A DNA stretch of 64,000 nucleotides, from assembly GCA_034669905.1 (NCBI GenBank), contig JAXMOL010000030.1:25507-89506 (forward strand). Direction: 5' to 3'. The notes beneath the pieces are model-generated. The model saw nothing but the letters and a program-made list of their open reading frames with translations. It did no database searches and had not been told where the DNA came from. Below, one piece after another: positions 59,596 to 64,000 of this stretch. The translations under genes and the position numbers were made by a program. This DNA comes from Candidatus Hydrogenedentota bacterium (lineage in GTDB: Bacteria; Hydrogenedentota; Hydrogenedentia; Hydrogenedentales; JAEUWI01). Position 1 is the first letter of the stretch. Each line of letters opens with the position of its first letter.

Positions 59596-62500
59596 ATGTG
59601 CACCAGAAGAATCCATATTCCCAATGCAATAGGTCACAGCACGTGCCTCCTGTTCGTGTTGCTCTTTCTACTACTCGCTCCAGGCGCGGAAGCGCAGATT
59701 GATATAGAAGGAGACATCACCTGGAGCACAAATCCCATCGTACTTGATGACTGGGTATCCATTAAAGCTGGAGCCCGTCTAACCATCCTTCCCGGTGTCA
59801 ATGTGCGATTCGCCTCCGTAGATGCCGCCCGCCAGGGAACCCTGACCGTAGAGCCCGGCGGCACACTCATCGCGGCAGGCACTGCGGAAAGCAACATCTC
59901 CTTCACTTCGGATGCCGCTGCACCAGAACCTGGGGATTGGGCTTACATCGAAGTGCAAGAAGGCGGAACGGCCACGCTCGACTACTGCGATATCCAGGAT
60001 GCAGGGCAGTGGATTGGCATCGGGGCGCTCAACATCGGTCCAGGCAATGTAACGGTACGTAATTCATCCATCAGCAACTCGTTTGCCGCAGGAATAGACG
60101 TCTACGGCGACAACAACGTAGCCAACTTCAACAACCTAAGCATCACCGATTGCGCGGGTCCCGCCATACTCCAGCGCTCCGCCAACATGTCACCGACCTA
60201 CAGTAGTTTAAACCTCAACAATAATGAATGGAACGGCGTGGTCGTCGTTGCGACCACCCTGACCAGCACATCCAACTGGAGCATGCTTGGCACCCCCTAC
60301 ATCGTTGATGGATGGTTACAAATCAGTGAAAATGGAATTCTGAACATCAGTCCCGGCGTACTCGTACAATTCAAAGATACCGATTCGGCCCAACAATCCA
60401 ATATCGATGCCCTGGCGGGCGGCACGTTCAACGCCGTGGGAAGCGCCGAAAGCCCCATCACCTTTACTTCCGCGTTCGAAACACCGGCAGCGGGCGATTG
60501 GGCATTTCTCGGAATCCGAAGCGGTGCGAGCGGCGAGCTCGACCACTGTATCGTCGAGTATGCGGGTGACTTCGACAATGCTGCCGTCGAAATCGCCTCG
60601 AGCGACGTTTCCGTGACCAATACCACCATCCGAAACTGTCTGGAAAGCGGTGTTGGTGTTTTTGCAGCCACCATCACGCCCACACTCGACGCCCTTAGCA
60701 TCCACGACTGCGCAAACTCTGCGATTAGTCTCTCCACACCCAACACACAGCCTATAATTGGAAACAATCTCACCTTCACCGGCAACGGCATGAACACCAT
60801 CACTGTCTCGGCCGGCAGCCCTATGAACACCAACACCGCCTGGACCTCGACCGGGGCTCCCTACGCCATTGCTGGCTGGCTCAACGTAGAGGACGGCGCT
60901 GTCTTCTCCATCGATCCCGGTGTAACCATTCAGTTTGCACCCTCGGGCTCGGCCAAACAATCGCAGATAACCATCAAGTCCGACAGTACGCTGACGGCAA
61001 TCGGAACCGAATCCGAGCCCATTATTTTCACCTCCTTCCAGGAATCCCCCGCCCCGGGAGATTGGGCCGAAATAACCTTCGAGGACGGCACGCACGGAAA
61101 CATAACCCAATGTATCCTGGAATATGCGGGTGACTTCAGCAGCCCGGCCATCTCCATTCTAGCCAACGATGTTCACGTTGTGGACACATTAATACGCTCC
61201 TGTTCCTGGAATGGAATACAACTTGAGGCCGACGGCATCACCCCGACTATCACCGGGCTCACTGTCCGGGACTGCGCAAAATGGGCCATCGAACAATCCA
61301 GCATCAACATGAACGTGCAGTACGGCGACTTACGCTTTGAAAATAACACCGAAGGCGACGCGGTGCGCATTCGGGAAAGCGACGCAACCCAGAATGTTAC
61401 GTGGCCATTCAGCGGCGAACCCTACGCACTCGCAGGTTGGTTTAACCTAAACACTGGCACAACCCTCACCGTATCGCCCGGCGTCGAAGTACAATTTGCC
61501 CCTTCGGACTCCGCATTGCAATCTTTTGTTACAGTGCTTGAGGGGGCCACTTTGCTCGCCCAAGGCAGCTCAGAAGCACCGATTCTGTTTACTTCTTCCC
61601 GACCCGAACCCGCGCCTGGCGACTGGGCATCCGTGAAGATTCTTGCCGGAGGCACGGCCAACTTCGACAATTGTACACTGGAATACGGCGGCAATTTCGG
61701 ACGGGCCATGCTGGACATTCAAGATTCAAGCGTCAGCGTCAAACGCACACTACTCCGCCACTGCGCCGTCGAAGGGGTCGAAATTTTTGGCGATGCGACA
61801 CCAACACTCACGGGCAACACGATCATCGACAACGTCTTCGGGCTTCGAAACAACACACCCGACACCGAAGTTGACGCGACCATGACCTGGTGGGGAGATT
61901 CCAGCGGCCCGTTTCATGCAAGCCTCAACCCCGACGGCCTCGGAGACGAAGTCAGTGACGGTGTACGCTTCGAACCCTGGGCAACAACCCCCATTACCCC
62001 CGTGGGAGACATCCCCTCCATCACAATAAATGGAAGCCCTAACGTCACCATCAACTGTGGCACCGCGTATACCGATGCCGGCGCAACCGCCAACGATACC
62101 GAAGATGGCGACCTGTCCCTCAGCATCCGCGTCACCGGTACCGTGGACCCCGACACTCCGGGGGACTACACCATCCGTTATGACGTTAACGACTCCGATG
62201 GCAATCCAGCCACGTCGGTCATACGCACCGTCACCGTCTCGGATAACTGTGCCGGTGAAGGTGAAGACCCATGCCCCGACGCCAGCCCTGATTCCGATGG
62301 CGATGGCTCCAGCGACTGCGAAGAAGATCGTGCGGGCACGGAAGCCGGGCAAGTAGATAGTGATGGCGATGGCCTGCCGGATGGCTATGAGCTCATGGAA
62401 AACCTGGACCCGCTGGATCCGACGGACGCCGGGATGGACGAAGACCTTGACGGTTCGAGCAATCTGGAGGAATTCCTGGACGGCAGCGACCTGAATGATG

Positions 62501-63747
62501 TGAACAGCCCGAGCATGGCGTCCTTCGTGGCGAACGATGGCATGGATGATGTCAGCCGTGGCAGCGTTACGGCTCCTTTCCGAACCATTGCCTTCGCGCT
62601 GGCCCAATTCGCCGCCTCCGGGGAGGAAAGCGTTCGTATCGTTTTGGAGCCGGGCACCTACGTGGAGGATGTTAGCCTGGCATCGGGTGTCACGATAACT
62701 GGTCGCGCACCGAATGAATCCGAGATCGTGGGCGTCATAACAGGTGCGGATAACGCGTCTCTGGAATTGGTAAACATCGTACCAGCCATGTCCACGGACA
62801 CCCTGTTGACCGTGGACGACGCCGCTATGCGTGTACATCGTGTGCGGTTTGTGGGTATGCCCGACGCCCGCGAAGCCACGGGCATTGGCTTGTCGGGAAC
62901 GGGCGTGGCCAACAGCGTAATAAGCCAGTGCGACTTTGTGGACCTCGCCGTCGGTGTCGACATTGTGGGCGGCATTCCTTTGATTCGCCGCGGTCTTTTT
63001 GTTGACCCGTCCATTGCGGGTATCCGCATCCGGGAAACGGCGTTGGTGGAAGGTGCGACCGCGCTCGGCCTGGAGACGGATGGCGCCACCGGCTTCAACA
63101 CCTTCACCTTCGACCCGGATGCGACGGACCCCGTCGCCAATCCCATCGCGGTAAAGAACGAAGCGGCCACGACCCTCTTGATGGAAAACAATGATTGGGG
63201 CACGGATGACGATGTCGTGGTCGAGACTCTGATTGATGGTCCGATAGACTTCACGCCCAAGCTGGCTGCGGGATCGGCCATCCTGGCGTCCAGCATCTTT
63301 TGCACCGTGTGGGAGGCGGACTCGCAACAGAAGCTCTCCTCCGCGTCGGTCGCGCTGGATCCGACCCGCTTCGATGCCGTCACGGACAACACCAACGGCG
63401 TCTATGCTTTCCCTTCGGTCCTGGCGGGGAGCTATGCGCTCTCCAGCACAGTGGGTGGCTACGACAACGCCCAAGTATCCGTGGAAGTCGGGGCGGGCGA
63501 GATAAAATCCGTCGTCATCCCCATGCGCAGTCCCGCTTCGGGCGGTGAAGGTGAAGGTGAAGGTGAAGGTGAAGGTGAAGGTGAAGGTGAAGGTGAAGGT
63601 GAAGGTGAAGGCGAAGGCGAAACACCGACACCCACAATGGATTGTAGTGGAAACACAACATCGCCTCTGGGCCAGTTCACCGGTGACATGTTGCTGGTCG
63701 GTATGCTGTTGTTAGCCCTCCTGGCGCAGAAGCGGCGTCTGGCGTAA
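59596..63747 (+). CDS. Large secreted/surface protein: beta-helix repeats, DUF5011 Ig-like, DxDxDG Ca-binding, DUF1565-like, carboxypeptidase-regulatory-like domain, (GE)13 linker, C-terminal anchor
   Basis: Signal peptide; four FTS...PGDW modules; YTDAGATANDTEDGD; DSDGDG repeats; C-terminal Cys...GD-hydrophobic-KRR. Confidence 0.88.
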   Translation: MCTRRIHIPNAIGHSTCLLFVLLFLLLAPGAEAQIDIEGDITWSTNPIVLDDWVSIKAGARLTILPGVNVRFASVDAARQGTLTVEPGGTLIAAGTAESNISFTSDAAAPEPGDWAYIEVQEGGTATLDYCDIQDAGQWIGIGALNIGPGNVTVRNSSISNSFAAGIDVYGDNNVANFNNLSITDCAGPAILQRSANMSPTYSSLNLNNNEWNGVVVVATTLTSTSNWSMLGTPYIVDGWLQISENGILNISPGVLVQFKDTDSAQQSNIDALAGGTFNAVGSAESPITFTSAFETPAAGDWAFLGIRSGASGELDHCIVEYAGDFDNAAVEIASSDVSVTNTTIRNCLESGVGVFAATITPTLDALSIHDCANSAISLSTPNTQPIIGNNLTFTGNGMNTITVSAGSPMNTNTAWTSTGAPYAIAGWLNVEDGAVFSIDPGVTIQFAPSGSAKQSQITIKSDSTLTAIGTESEPIIFTSFQESPAPGDWAEITFEDGTHGNITQCILEYAGDFSSPAISILANDVHVVDTLIRSCSWNGIQLEADGITPTITGLTVRDCAKWAIEQSSINMNVQYGDLRFENNTEGDAVRIRESDATQNVTWPFSGEPYALAGWFNLNTGTTLTVSPGVEVQFAPSDSALQSFVTVLEGATLLAQGSSEAPILFTSSRPEPAPGDWASVKILAGGTANFDNCTLEYGGNFGRAMLDIQDSSVSVKRTLLRHCAVEGVEIFGDATPTLTGNTIIDNVFGLRNNTPDTEVDATMTWWGDSSGPFHASLNPDGLGDEVSDGVRFEPWATTPITPVGDIPSITINGSPNVTINCGTAYTDAGATANDTEDGDLSLSIRVTGTVDPDTPGDYTIRYDVNDSDGNPATSVIRTVTVSDNCAGEGEDPCPDASPDSDGDGSSDCEEDRAGTEAGQVDSDGDGLPDGYELMENLDPLDPTDAGMDEDLDGSSNLEEFLDGSDLNDVNSPSMASFVANDGMDDVSRGSVTAPFRTIAFALAQFAASGEESVRIVLEPGTYVEDVSLASGVTITGRAPNESEIVGVITGADNASLELVNIVPAMSTDTLLTVDDAAMRVHRVRFVGMPDAREATGIGLSGTGVANSVISQCDFVDLAVGVDIVGGIPLIRRGLFVDPSIAGIRIRETALVEGATALGLETDGATGFNTFTFDPDATDPVANPIAVKNEAATTLLMENNDWGTDDDVVVETLIDGPIDFTPKLAAGSAILASSIFCTVWEADSQQKLSSASVALDPTRFDAVTDNTNGVYAFPSVLAGSYALSSTVGGYDNAQVSVEVGAGEIKSVVIPMRSPASGGEGEGEGEGEGEGEGEGEGEGEGEGETPTPTMDCSGNTTSPLGQFTGDMLLVGMLLLALLAQKRRLA
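63544..63621 (+). repeat. (GGTGAA)11(GGCGAA)2 coding microsatellite
   Basis: Counted directly; encodes (GE)13. Confidence 0.95.
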
Positions 63748-64000
63748 AAACCGTTCGTTGTATGTAACGCAGAGCGTTCATGTGGACTGCACTTAACAAT
63801 TGAATCCGGGCTTGGCCCCGATTATTTCAACCCCTCCACGCCAAAAAGTCGAGCACGTTACCACAAGAAAAAGCTAAATAGGCGAAGATTCATCTCGGAC
63901 ATTTTCCAAGTCATTCGGTTGCCATCTTAAAGATTTGGGGCTTGGGAGCGCAGGCGGCTCGCCTGCATTACGTCGAAGACGTAAAAACTACGTGCCTTCG

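Overview
GC-rich bacterial chromosome segment. The (GE)n-linker surface protein and the gene content suggest Candidatus Hydrogenedentota or a relative; this is inference only. The main feature is a compact 10.1-kb element integrated at tRNA-Pro(UGG) and bounded by perfect 54-bp direct repeats (1743-1796 and 11848-11901). All its genes lie on the minus strand: tyrosine integrase, RHH/Zn-ribbon protein, XRE regulator, prohead protease/scaffold, DUF2190-like decoration protein, Mu gpT-like major capsid protein, AlpA/Xis-like HTH, a short (533 aa) tail tape-measure protein, a replication initiator with internal repeats, and a Zn-finger/SAP protein. It also carries a lambda-cos-like site and two candidate counter-transcribed small RNAs. 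I find no portal, terminase, tail tube or lysis genes, so it looks like a phage satellite that supplies its own head shell and tail ruler. The rest of the window holds housekeeping genes (aroB, tRNA-Gln-prs-rplY-pth-ilvN, accD-folC, copA), a HigBA-like TA pair, an ECF42/YCII cluster with a thrice-repeated promoter motif, a REP/REPIN-rich mini-island with cassette-like direct repeats, a RAYT transposase, IS30 remnants and a 1383-aa surface protein. All calls come from reading motifs by eye; no database searches were run.
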